Assembly: GCF_006345805.1 (NCBI RefSeq)
Contig: NC_043006.1
Location: forward strand, 68,944,001 to 69,008,000
DNA from: Octopus sinensis
Lineage: Eukaryota
DNA length: 64,000 nucleotides
Direction: 5' to 3'
Positions 1-12,133 of the stretch are shown here, one piece after another (the first letter of the stretch is position 1; each line of letters starts with the position of its first letter). The notes beneath the pieces were generated by a model. That model saw nothing but the letters and a program-made list of their open reading frames with translations, searched no databases and was not told the DNA's origin. Position numbers and translations under genes: made by a program.

Positions 1-5
1 CGGTA

Positions 6-100
6 GACCATCGGTTTCGCACTAGGGACTCAACGGAGTGTCGAGTAACAATCCGATTATGTAACCCTACGCTCATCAGTGGTGCGAAACCGATTGGTAA
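6..100 (-). ncRNA. hammerhead-like core with inverted duplication of its 3' half
   Basis: Minus strand: CTGATGA gcgtaggg...ccctagtgc GAAA cc-gat-gg TC. Stem I is not supported. The + strand at 83-100 carries an inverted gcgaaaccgattggta. Confidence 0.5.
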
Positions 101-193
101 GGTCAGCCACCGGATAATATACCCATTCTCTTGACAGATATATGAGTGCACTTTTCTTGACTTATGGATACTTAGATGTCTTATGCACACACA

Positions 194-276
<83 letters not shown>

Positions 277-280
277 GTAC

Positions 281-650
281 TCTCTTTTACTTGTTTCAGC
301 CATGCTGGATCACTGCCTTTAGTCGAGCAAATCGATCCCAGAGCTTATTCTTTGTAAGCCTAGTACTTATTCTCTCGGTCTCTTAGCCGAACCGCTAAGT
401 TACGAGGACGTAAACACACCAGCATCGGTTGTCAAGCGATGTTGGGGGACAAACACGGACACACAAACATATACACACACATATATACATATACGACGAG
501 CTTCTTCCAGTTTCCGTTTACCAAATCCACTCACAAGATTCTGGTCAGCCCGAGGCTATAGCAGAAGACACTTGCCCAAGGTGCCACGCAGTGGGACTGA
601 ACCCGGTACCATGTGGCTGGTGAGCAAGCTACTTACCACACAGCCTACGC
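281..650 (-). mobile_element. SINE family A (tRNA-like head, internal microsatellite)
   Basis: Near-identical to the copies at 6250, 14612, 16140, 40308 and 41780 (gtggctgtgtggtaag...gcagtcaaatgactgaaacaagtaaaaga). Partial copies lie at ~680-880, 1221-1355, 16700-16950, 17405-17545, 17850-18077, 37888-38100, 42785-42945 and 52205-52265. Confidence 0.85.
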
Positions 651-1019
651 TTATATATATATATATATCTTATTCATCTTTCATTTGTTTCAGTCATTAG
701 ACTGCGGCTATGCGGGGGCATCGCTTCGAAATATTTCAGTCGAACGAATCAACCCTCGTACTTACTTTCTCAAAGCCCGGTATTTATTCTGTCGGGTACT
801 TTGGGGACGTAAATACACCAACACAGGTTGTCAAGTGATGATTGGGTGGGTAGGTGGGGTTTGGAGCAAACATACACACACACTCACATGTGTATTTGTA
901 TATGTATATATATATTAATATATATAATATATATATATATATATGGTAGGTCCCGGGTTGAGTCGGGGTTAACCACAGTAAATAAGGTACTCCATACATA
1001 CAGAGTAAAGTAATTTTAT

Positions 1020-1085
1020 TTTATAGAAGGAGCTTCTACAGGACTAGAACTGTTTCATTCAGATGAAATCTTCAGGAGCTCCTTC

Positions 1086-1091
<6 letters not shown>
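1020..1091 (-). ncRNA. type I hammerhead-like motif in a short (TA)n-embedded element
   Basis: Minus strand: tatagaaggagctc CTGAAGA tttcatctgaat GAAA cag-ttctagtc-ctg TA gaagctccttctata. Long stem I with one bulge, short stem II. Confidence 0.65.
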
Positions 1092-1156
<65 letters not shown>

Positions 1157-2291
1157 TATATATAATTACAAATTGAGATAGGGGTTGTAAATATATATAT
1201 ATATAATATATATATATATACGATGAGCTTCTTTCAGTTTCCGTCTTGAAGATTAACGGACAAGGCTTTAGTCGGTCCGATGCTACAGTAAAAGACACTT
1301 ACGCAGTTGGATTGAACCCGGAACCATGTGGTTAGAAACAAACTTCTTACCATACGTCACATGAAGCTCGTATGTGCATGAGTTAGTAACAATACACTTG
1401 TATGTATGGAAGCAGGTAAAGTTTTATACAACTGCTTGATGCTTGAATGTGGGCGTGAGTGTATATATATATATTATTATATATATATATATATATATAG
1501 ATATATATATATAATATATATGTATGTATAATCATTAGTATGTTAGCGTGTGTATGCATGCATGTGTATGTGTGTTATGTAAGTCATTGTATGTATATGT
1601 AGATATCTATGTGTGTGCGTATGAGTATGAATGCCGTTTGAATGTTTGTATATAATTGTATGTATATGCGCACTCGCTCTGTGTGTATGTGTGTGTGTGT
1701 GTGTATGCGCATTTATGTCTGTAAATGTGTTGCTTACGTCTGTATGCGTATCACCGTATGAGCCTCCGTGGGTATATTCATGCGTATTACGTGTGTATAT
1801 GTTTCTTTTGTGTGTGTTTGTGTGTGCGTGTGCGTGCGCGCGCGCGCGCGTGTGTGTAATGTTGGTAGTTTACTTGTAGCTCATTTAATGTCTGCTGTTC
1901 CGTTAATCTGTCTCCCTCCCTACACGAATAACTGCCGTACAAAGTTTCAACTCTTCAAAGCTATTGTTTACAGCTTGTTTAAATTTCTGTAAATCCTACA
2001 CTGAAACGTCACCATCCTGTTGATATATATGTTTATACATACGTACAAATGGATGTATGACTGTATGTATGTATGTATGTATGTATGTATGTATGTATGT
2101 ATGTATGTATGTATGTATGTATGTATGTATGTATGCATGCATGTATGTTTGTATGTGCTCACACACACATATATATAGAGAAAGGGAGTGAGAGAAAGAT
2201 ACCAACATATATATATATATATATACACATTATATACATGCATGTATGTACACACACATGTGTATATAGATGGATAACTTGATTACTGCAT

Positions 2292-2375
<84 letters not shown>

Positions 2376-2523
2376 TAAACACATTATATACACATGTCAA
2401 TATATATAAAATTGTGTGCGTGTGATTGTAAGCAATAGTCATTAGAGAGCTAAAACTATATAATTAGGGATACACACACACACGCACGCACACATACATT
2501 CACACACACACACATATATATAT

Positions 2524-2569
<46 letters not shown>

Positions 2570-2799
2570 AGAGAGCGAGAGAGTGTGTGAAAGAGTATAG
2601 TTGTATATCATGTCAGCATCCGTGATTTGTTTAAGAATTGGACGTACACCACTTTAACATGCCTTACATCGTTCTTCTGTAGACTTTTGAGTGGTCTGTA
2701 ACACCCCCCTCCCACACACACATATATCGGTCAATTGTCTATAAGTCAGAGAAAAGCACATTCTAAAAGAGAATCTGCGGCATTATGTTTCTGTATTAA

Positions 2800-3500
2800 C
2801 GAGTAGCATATTCCTGGATATGGCGTATAACCTGTTAAAAAGTTACCGTTGGTTTCATACCTACTATTGTACTTGGTAATACAGAATACAGAATACATAT
2901 AGCCTCTTTAATGCTGGGGGTAAATATGCGGATTTAGTTAGCAAGCGGTAAAAAAAAAAAACGAATTAAAAAAATATAAACTTTCTTGGTTGGGGTAAAA
3001 GAGGAGTTGTCTCCTATTGTACGATTCCATCCGCGGCTGCTAGGGTCGGCTGGGCCTTAGTACATATTTTCTGTTCTCTAGTGCGAATAGAGGGAAAAAA
3101 CCACGTTCCAAAACTTTTGAGTCCAGGAAAATACACAGATTGTGTGAATTTTTTTAGGATTATCTTCTCGGCTACGTATAGCTTGTATTATCTGCTTCTG
3201 GTCAGGTATGGTTCCTGGTTGTTCCAGCAGTTTCCAATTGATTTTTTATATGGTTCCTTCCTCTTTTAATCGCTGTATATACCCAAACCAATGTTGTTAC
3301 GTTACATCTCTCTTGGAGCCTAAAAGAGGATCTGTGATTGTTTACCCTGTCTCTAAAGGTGCCCTCTATTATCCCGACATATTTCTTTGTGTGTAGCATA
3401 CCATTACTACTGTTCTTACTATTACTGGAAAAAAAAACACACCTCTGCTTCGTAGACAACGGCCTCAATGTTGTATCCACCATTTACTGGGCTGTCACCG
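2800..3500 (-). pseudogene. Penelope-like element GIY-YIG endonuclease remnants
   Basis: ORF 3202-3483: KKYVGIIEGTFRDRVNNHRSSFR...TTLVW matches the YIG..F..R...H.SF motif. A SIKEAICIL-like segment lies near 2900. Confidence 0.6.
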
Positions 3501-3579
3501 CTAATCCTACTCGATATTATTTGAGGACACTTAATTATTAGTATATTACCCTTTCAAACCAGTTAAAATGTTCAGAAGT

Positions 3580-4020
3580 GCCATGGCAAATAAAATGCTG
3601 ACAGAAGAAATGAAAAGACATGCAACCACGGTCGCTATAAATGTAAACCACAACGATTTAGAAATTACAACCTTCGTAAATGTTGCAAGATATTTTGTAC
3701 ACAAAGTTCGGATTGAACTGGAAGCTTGTGCCGATAATCTCTCCTCTCTATCAAAGACAAAAAGATATTCAAAACATTTTAACATTATAAGGACATTGCA
3801 GTTTATCTATCGGGTTCAAAGTATTATCGATAATGATCGAAAAAAAAAAAGCTTCAGTTATCAGAGTGACTATCAAAAGTATGGTGCAAGTGGACATTCG
3901 AAAGCAGTCGTACGTACTGTGGAGAGACCAGTTCCTGTCTACAAGGTCACGGGAAAATCGTTTTAATCGTGCAAAGCAGTTACATAACAAAGTTAAAATT
4001 CTTCACGAAAGAAGAATGCT
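3580..4020 (+). pseudogene. Tc1/mariner-type transposase N-terminal fragment
   Basis: LTEEMKRHATTVAINVNHNDLEITTFVNVARYFVHKVRIELE is an HTH-like N-terminus, followed by frameshifted sequence. Confidence 0.5.
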
Positions 4021-4603
4021 TTAATTTTTCTCTCGGTTCCGATTTCTGGATTAAGTCAAAAGAAACGCACCCAAGTGGTTACCAGCCCCGAAGTGATTGA
4101 AAATTAATTCAGTTCTAGGCGTTTCCTGAACAACTACATATGTGTCGAGGCTTGCTACGGAATTTCTACTTGGATATACTTGGGGTACTTAAATGTATTC
4201 AAAACTTTGCGTCTGCTTTTCTGTGGGAATGTTTAAGTATTTCATTTATTTTCATTTTGTGTTCCTCTCCGATGAAGAAAAAATTCTTTTTGGATGAATC
4301 CAGAAATCGGAACCAATTCGGGAATAACTTTCCTCGTTTCGACACATGGTGTAATAATAAAAGTGAAAATATTTGATGTCGTTAAACGATGTTTGTGTCT
4401 ATTGTTCAGCATATTGGTTAAGAAAATTTTTTCTTTTGCCCTTATTTATAATGATAGTTGTGTATATATGTATATATATATATTAACAATTAAGGAACGG
4501 CCATAATAGGCCATTCACCCACTAGAAATAACAGCCAAAGCTTCTACCGCAAATAAAGATTAATTCCGTTAACAGGAGAAAATTAAAAAAACATTTACCT
4601 GTA

Positions 4604-4709
4604 ATTTCTTGTACGGTATACCGTTTCATTCGCTGTTTAATGGTAAACTAACCTGATTAAATTAAATCAAGCCAATCTTCCATAAGCCCTCGAATTCTCA
4701 GCAAGAAAT
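4604..4709 (-). ncRNA. type I hammerhead ribozyme, inverted copy
   Basis: Reverse complement of 5450-5555. The core reads CTGAGA, one nt short, which is either a real deletion or a consensus error. Confidence 0.7.
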
Positions 4710-5449
4710 AGCTCAAGTCGGAACAGATATTTACACGAGGCATCTCGAACCTGCCAAGGCAATATCTGACCTAAAATTTTCAAATCGTCGCATCGCGCCA
4801 AATTTATCGGCAGCAAATAAAATCAGCCGTCGATTCCATTACGGAATTAACCAAAAAATCATAATTAATCAATATAGGGTAGCAAGGAAAATTTTGTAGA
4901 AATTTATTGCCACCAGCGGCCCAGTGGGAAAAAAATTAAATAGTCATAGACCATTTTTAAGTTCAACATTAACAATAAGGAACGGCCATAATAGGCCATT
5001 CACCCACTAGAAATAACAGCCAAAGCTTCTACCGAAATAAAGATTAATTCCGTTAACAGGAGAAAATTAAAAAAACAGGGTAATGTTTTTTTAATTTTCT
5101 CCTGTTAACGGAATTAATCTTTATTTGCGGTAGAAGCTTTGGCTGTTATTTCTAGTGGGTGAATGGCCTATTATGGCCGTTCCTTAATGTTAATGTTGAA
5201 CTTAAAATGGTCTATGACTATTTAATTTTTTTCCCACTGGGCCGCTGGTGGCAATAAAATTTCTACAAAAATTTCCTTGCTACCTATATTGATTATTATG
5301 AATTTTTGGTTAATTCCGTAATGGAATCGACGGCTGATATTTATTGCTGCCGATAATTTGGCGCGAGTGCGACGATTTGAAAATTTAGGTCAGATATTGC
5401 CTGGCAAGGTTCGAGATGCCTCGTGTAAATATCTGTTCCGACTTGAGCT

Positions 5450-5555
5450 ATTTCTTGCTGAAGAATTCGAGGGCTTATGGAAGATTGGCTTGATTTAATT
5501 TAATCAGGTTAGTTTACATTAAACAGCGAATGAAACGGTATACCGTACAAGAAAT
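5450..5555 (+). ncRNA. type I hammerhead ribozyme (Penelope/retrozyme type)
   Basis: Stem I atttcttg/caagaaat (8 bp); core CTGAAGA 5458-5464; stem II attcg...cgaat with a long loop; GAAA 5532-5535; palindromic stem III cggtataccg; GUA triplet, predicted cleavage after 5547. Confidence 0.85.
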
Positions 5556-5782
5556 TACAGGGTAAATGTTTTTTTAATTTTCTCCTGTTAACGGAATTAA
5601 TCTTTATTTGCGGGAGCTAGGCTTTGGCTGTTATTTCTAGTGGGTGAATGGCCTATTATGGCCGTTCCTTAATTGTTAATGTTGAACTTAAAAATGGTCT
5701 ATGACTATTTAATTTTTTTCCCACTGGGCCGCTGGTGGCAATAATTTCTACAAAATTTCCTTGCTACCCTATATTGATTAAT

Positions 5783-5870
<88 letters not shown>

Positions 5871-5873
<3 letters not shown>

Positions 5874-6017
5874 GAATAAATGAAAGAATGGAGTCGAACG
5901 ACGATTTTCAAAATTCCTTTACTCTCGACACATGTTTCGAAGGTTTCGAAACATGTGTCGAGAGTAAAGGAATTTTGTTAAAATAGTCGTTCGACTCCAT
6001 TCTTTCATTTATTCATA
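5871..6017. repeat. ~147-bp near-perfect palindrome centred on a hammerhead 3' half
   Basis: tatgaataaatgaaagaatggagtcgaacgac...ctctcgacacatgtttcga / tcgaaacatgtgtcgagag...gtcgttcgactccattctttcatttattcata; abuts (TA)n. Confidence 0.85.
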
Positions 6018-6249
6018 GTTATAAAAAATACAGACAAATTTACACACGAGAACACGGGATCCCTGCCCTTGGCATATAGCTTCAACCGTGTTTTCTGACG
6101 TGAATTTGCTACCCAGGTATCGGTTAACCGAATTATCCATACTAGAATAATTCATTCACCTTCTTATATATGTGTGTGTGTGTGTATGTGTGTGTGTATG
6201 CACGAGTGTGTATGTATATGTATATATATTCTTTTTTTAATCTTTTTAT

Positions 6250-6463
6250 TCTTTTTACTTGTTTCAGTCATTTGACTGTGGCCATGCTGGAGCACAGCTT
6301 TTAGTCGGGCAAATCGGCCCTAGGACTTATTCTTCGTAAGCCTAGTACTTATTCTATCGGTCTCTTTTGCCGAACCGCTAAGTTACAGGGACGTAAACAC
6401 ACCAGCATTGGTTGTCAAGTGATGGTGGGGGGTGGACAAGCGCAGACACACACACACACACAC

Positions 6464-6515
<52 letters not shown>

Positions 6516-6671
6516 CGTATGATGGGCTCCTTCCAGTTTCCGTCTACCAAATTCACTCACAAGGCTTTGGTCGGCCCGAGGCTATATTAGAAGACACCTG
6601 CCGAAGGTGCCCCGCTGTGGGATTGAATGTGGTTGGTAATTAAGCTACACGACACAGCCACGCCTGCACCT
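6250..6671 (-). mobile_element. SINE family A
   Basis: Same consensus as 281-650. Confidence 0.85.
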
Positions 6672-6748
6672 ATGTATATATATATACATACATACATATA
6701 TACATACATGCATGCATGAATACATACATACATACATACATACATACA

Positions 6749-6783
<35 letters not shown>

Positions 6784-6848
6784 TTATATATATATATGTA
6801 TGTGAGTGTGTATGTGTGTGTGTATCTATAAGGATTTTCACACACACA

Positions 6849-7408
6849 CGATGGGAAATCAAAAATTATCCGTACTTTCGCAATAACATATATTTTTTAT
6901 GGTCACACTACCTTCTGCGCATACGTACTTATAGTTGGTACTATTGTGGTCACGTGATCGAAGTTTGAGCCTGATCGCGCCATTTTTCTTTCTGGCTTTA
7001 CAGTGTAAGCATGGCCGCTCTACTAGCAATGTGAGCCGAAGAAGAACAAAAAGCAGTGATACGATTTCTCTAGTCGGAAGATGTGTCAGTCAGATGCAGA
7101 AATTCATCGGCGACTTTTAGTACCCATACCGCGTGGAAGTGTGAATGAGTGAATTGAGAAGTTTAAAAGTGGATGGACGAGCATGACGCACGAAGAGGGA
7201 GCAGGCCGCCCGCCAACCTCCACCTCTGACGAGAAGATTCAGCGGGTTCGAGTGATGGTAATGGTGAACCAGTTCACTATTATCATTTCTCGGACCGCTG
7301 CTCTTATTGACCACAATAGTACCGACTATAAACGCGCAGGCACAGAACGCAGCGTGACAATAATAAAGATATGTTATGGCAAAAGTGCGGATAATTTCTG
7401 ACTTACAT
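6849..7408 (+). mobile_element. internally deleted mariner element with ~110-bp imperfect TIRs
   Basis: aaattatccgtactttcgcaataacata...tactattgtggtc versus gaccacaatagta...tatgttatggcaaaagtgcggataattt. Internal EEQKAVIRFL and KFKSGWTSMTHEEGAGRPPTS. Confidence 0.75.
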
Positions 7409-7881
7409 AAATACATACATGCACATATATACTTTTACAAACAGATCTCTCCCTCACCCCACTATATTTTTCTACTATATGTATGCACTTATGTGTGTAT
7501 ATATGTATGTATGTATGCATTTTATGCCTGTGTATGCATGCGTGTATGTACGTGCGTGTGTATTTATGTATGTCTAGCATATCTTTGTATATTTGCGTAA
7601 GTATATTTTTAAGGTTATACGTAGCTTTACAGTTGATCTAACTGGATTTATGCCTAAATCCATTTTGTTGCTGAACTTCTTTAATTTTTTATAGTACATT
7701 GTGAAATACACTGACGATTACAACACCAACAGGAAGTTGTTCAACTTCGACCTAATGATCTTCAGCGGTTGCATGGTACCAATGTGGTTTCTATACACAA
7801 TTTAATATATATATATACACACACACGCGCGCGCACGTACACACGCACACACACTTTTAATATATATATATATATATATTA

Positions 7882-7938
<57 letters not shown>

Positions 7939-8330
7939 AATATAGAGAGAGAGAGAGAGGAAAAGAGAAAGGGAGAGATGGAGTATTGTGTGTATCGACA
8001 AAAGACACACTCAATGCACATGTGCGTCTGTTTATATACGTGCATTATTAGACATACAAATACATGGACACTAGCACGCACACATACACGCACACACATA
8101 CACGCACATGCACATCACGTACACAAACAATATATATATATATATACATAGTGATAGTGACATACACATATATATATACGTGTGTGTATACATACGCATT
8201 TTCATCACACACGCATACGCTTACGCGCAAACACATACACAAATGCTGCGATAACTTATACACACACACTTTCATATACTCATACACACATACACACATT
8301 CATGCACACACACGTATACACACACACACA

Positions 8331-8369
<39 letters not shown>

Positions 8370-8631
8370 GTAAATGCAAGTCTATAGAAAGCGATATTTT
8401 GTTATTGTAACCAAACACACTGTCGCTATGGGAAGACCAGAGGAAACACTTTAAAAAATAAGCTCCTAGCGATTAAATAAACACAGGAACGGGAGCTGAT
8501 TCATTTAGAGGAGACCCTATTACTAAAACGCCATTTCACACCTTGTGAAAGTAGCAGCTATACTCCTAAATCGCTGAAGGCTGCGTCAAACATACGGTCG
8601 TAAGTAGCAATGCCGCGATTTAAGCTCAGTG

Positions 8632-8646
8632 GAGCCATCTAGCGGC
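8632..8646 (-). promoter_or_regulatory. CTCF-like motif
   Basis: Minus strand gccgctagatggctc versus consensus CCASYAGRKGGCRS; lies in a unique, non-repeat island (8400-8790). Confidence 0.35.
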
Positions 8647-8713
8647 AAGATGTTTCGCTGAATGCCGACGGCCAGGAAATACTTAGCAACTCAACTTTAA
8701 TTTCTTTTGACAG

Positions 8714-8789
8714 TTCTTGCTGTCGGTTCCTTTCATCTTGGAATTAGGAATTGTTGGGCTTTGGTGCTGTCTGCTGCTTGCTTATTCAC
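8714..8789 (+). CDS. candidate signal-peptide exon of the BAMBI-like gene
   Basis: Acceptor tttaatttcttttgacAG, donor GTACGT at 8790. Encodes hydrophobic FLLSVPFILELGIVGLWCCLLLAYS and ends in phase 1, compatible with exon 23122. No in-frame ATG found, so a further upstream exon would be needed. Confidence 0.3.
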
Positions 8790-9159
8790 GTACGTACACA
8801 TACACACACATTCACACAGCATACGTACGTACGCACGTACGTACGTACATACATACATACATACATACATACATACATACATACATACATACATACATAC
8901 ATACACACACATACACATTCACACATCGTATGTATATGCATATATATATATATATACATTCATACATAAATATGTATACATATGTACATACAAACACACG
9001 CACATATATATATGTGTGTGTGTGTAAGTCTATACATAAATATACACACGTGCACACACACGCATACATATGCATATATATGTTTATATATACATGCATG
9101 CGTTATATATATATATATAAGCATCTATGTATATGTATCTCTCCCTCTTTCTCTCTCTC

Positions 9160-9222
<63 letters not shown>

Positions 9223-9907
9223 TATATAAATATACCTACATGCATACACGCACACATATCTACATAAACACATACATAAGCATGCATATATTCAACCATT
9301 ACATTCTCTAAAATTATGTATATACACATAACTATGTGTGTGTGTGATTGTGTGTAGAAGCATGTGAGTACATGTGTGTGTCTGTGTGAGTGTTTTGCAT
9401 GTATGTTTGTGTGTGCAAGTATGTGAGCACGTATGTATATGTGTATGAGTATGCATGTGTGTATGTATGAGTGTATGTATGAGTGTGTGTGTGCGCGTGT
9501 GTATGTGCATATATGTTTGTGGGTGTTCGAACGTGTATGCGTATATCTCTTCATATGTGTGTGTGTATGTGTGTGTGTGTTTGTGCATACATCTTTTCCC
9601 GTGTGTGTATGCGTGTATGTGCATATATATGTTTGTTTCTTTCTGTATGTATGTTTGCTTGCGTGTTTTTGTGCGTGAGTCTGTATGAATCTCGAGGAGG
9701 TGACGGGAGGTGACATTTCAACTCTCAAAGCACGAAATCTTTTGATAGCCTTTTCAAAAACTTGAATTTCATTCTGGTAATTACAAAGAATTTATGTAAA
9801 AACAACTTGAAATTCTGGGTGTAACCATCACAGATAGCAAACTGACATTGCCAGAATATATTTCCACTATCACAGGCCTCAGAATGCTATGCAACATGGT
9901 AAATAAG

Positions 9908-11080
9908 AATGATACTGAAAGGAGAACGACGACCTAGAGAGTACAAAATGAATATATGGTACTGAAAGGAGAGCGACTACTTAGAGAGTACAAAATCAGT
10001 GTTTGATACTGAAAGGAGAGCGACGACCTAGAGAGTACAAAATGAATATATGGTACTGAAAGGAGAGCGACTACCTAGAGAGTACAAAATCAGTGTTTGA
10101 TACTGAAAGGAGAGCGACGACCTAGAGAGTATAGAATCAATGTATGATACTGAAAGGAGAGCGACTACCTAGAAAGTACAAAATCAGTGTTTGATACTGA
10201 AAGGAGAACGACGACCTAGAGAGTACAAAATGAATATATGGTACTGAAAGGAGAGCGACTACCTAGAGAGTACAAAATCAGTGTTTGATACTGAAAAGAG
10301 AGCGACGACCTAGAGAGTACAAATGATATATGGTACTGAAGGAGAGCGACTACCTAGAGAGTACAAAATCAGTGTTTGATACTGAAAGGAGAGCGACGAC
10401 CTAGAGAGTACAAAATGAATATATGGTACTGAAAGGAGAGCGACTACCTAGAGAGTACAAAATCAGTGTTTGATACTGAAAGGAGAGCGACGACCTAGAG
10501 AGTACAAAATGAATATATGGTACTGAAAGGAGAGCGACTACCTAGAGAGTACAAAATCAGTGTTTGATACTGAAAGGAGAGCGACGACCTAGAGAGTACA
10601 AAATGAATATATGGTACTGAAAGGAGAGCGACTACCTAGAGAGTACAAAATCAGTGTTTGATACTGAAAGGAGAGCGACGACCTAGAGAGTATAGAATCA
10701 ATGTATGATACTGAAAGGAGAGCGATGACCTAGAGAGTATAAACTCAATGTATGATACAGAAAGGAGAGCGAAGACCTAGAGAGTATAAAATCAATGTAT
10801 GATACAGAAAGGAGAGCGAAGACCTAGAGAGTACAATATCAATGTTTGATACTGAAAGGAGAGCGACGACCTAGAGAGTATAAAATCAATGTATGATACT
10901 GAAAGGAGAGCGAAGACCGAGAGAGTACAAAATGAATGTGTGCTACTGAAAAGAGAGCGACTACGTAGAGAGTACAAAATGAATGAATGATACTGAAAAG
11001 AGAGCGAAGACCGAGAGAGTACAAAATCAATATATGATACTGAAAGGAGAATGACGACCTAGAGAGTACAGAATCAGAGT
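9908..11080. repeat. 47-bp minisatellite, ~25 copies, with alternating A/B variants (94-bp higher-order unit)
   Basis: actgaaagga recurs at 9914, 9961 and 10008. Variants cgacgacc...aaatgaatatatgg and cgactacc...aaatcagtgtttga alternate. Confidence 0.95.
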
Positions 11081-11984
11081 ATTTGCCATATATGATTATT
11101 ATTCCTATATGGGTCCTTCACGTGGTGGCAGTACTGGACTCTTCTGGTAAACGACAGATTATTTTTCTGCAATTTCTTGCTGGACAACCTGCCCAGATAA
11201 TTTGTTTATAGTGACCAAATGTTTGTACATTAATTTTATCACTCCGTCTACTCAATGGACTTTGCCTGTAGCAGGTGGACGGTGTTCCTCACGTTAGATA
11301 TTGAAGTGACCACCGAGAAACGCGAAATGAAGTATTTTTCTTAAAAAGCACAAGGTACCGCTCGGCTCGAGAATCGAAACCACGATATTCCGATCGTGAG
11401 TGCAATACCATGAACACTAGGTTATGCGCCTTCACTACTTCACATGTTATACTTAGCTAAATGAATGTAATCCAGAAGTTCTTGTGATCATTCCATTTAG
11501 AGTTATAGAGACATCAATAACTTACATAACGGGAGACTGGATTCCCCAAATCCACAGAGGAGTAGAAAATGTAATCAGCATTCCATCAAAAAATGCCGCT
11601 CAGAACTTTGTCCAGCGTGTTAACGGTTCTGCCAGCTCAATTACTTGCAACCAGCTAAGTAGTGAATACATTGTTGGACAACGAGTGCGATTTTAGGCAT
11701 AAGTGCTCCACATAGAAGCTATCTCTACAATGTTATTACTACATGGGATAGAATATTCAGAGACGTTATCTGCCATAATTAACAATAGTTAAGTTTTTCT
11801 TAATTTCTACTTGGGTCGATACGTTCGACTAAACCTTTCAAGGCGGTGGCCTACAAAAAACATTGTATTCGACCCATTGCCTCGTCGCTGTAAGCTTGCC
11901 GAAGCATGCTCGATGTCTCTGACTTCCTAACTTTAACGCAAAATCTCACGTTGGGTCCTTGCTCCAACTTCCTGTCCATTAACT

Positions 11985-11991
11985 ACTACTA

Positions 11992-12028
<37 letters not shown>

Positions 12029-12083
12029 GTTGCTGCTGCTGCCACTAGTACTGCTGCTGCAACTGCTGCTAGTGCTGCTGTTG

Positions 12084-12133
<50 letters not shown>

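Larger units (their letters stand above)
4482..5787. mobile_element. head-to-head inverted array of a ~485-bp hammerhead-bearing unit (Penelope pLTR/retrozyme-like)
   Basis: attaacaa(t)taaggaacggccataatagg recurs at 4482 and 4968. Orientation flips at ~5077. cagggtaa(a)tgtttttttaattttctcc recurs at 5076 and 5558. Flanked by (TA)n on both sides. Confidence 0.8.

Noticed and set aside
142-2442. Numerous HT/YI/CV/MYVC-repeat ORFs here and throughout the window
   Set aside because: Translations of (CA)n, (TA)n and (TATG)n repeats.
9908-11080. CRISPR-like repeat/spacer appearance
   Set aside because: The variable parts are short and recur rather than being unique spacers; there are no cas genes and the context is eukaryotic. 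It is a minisatellite.
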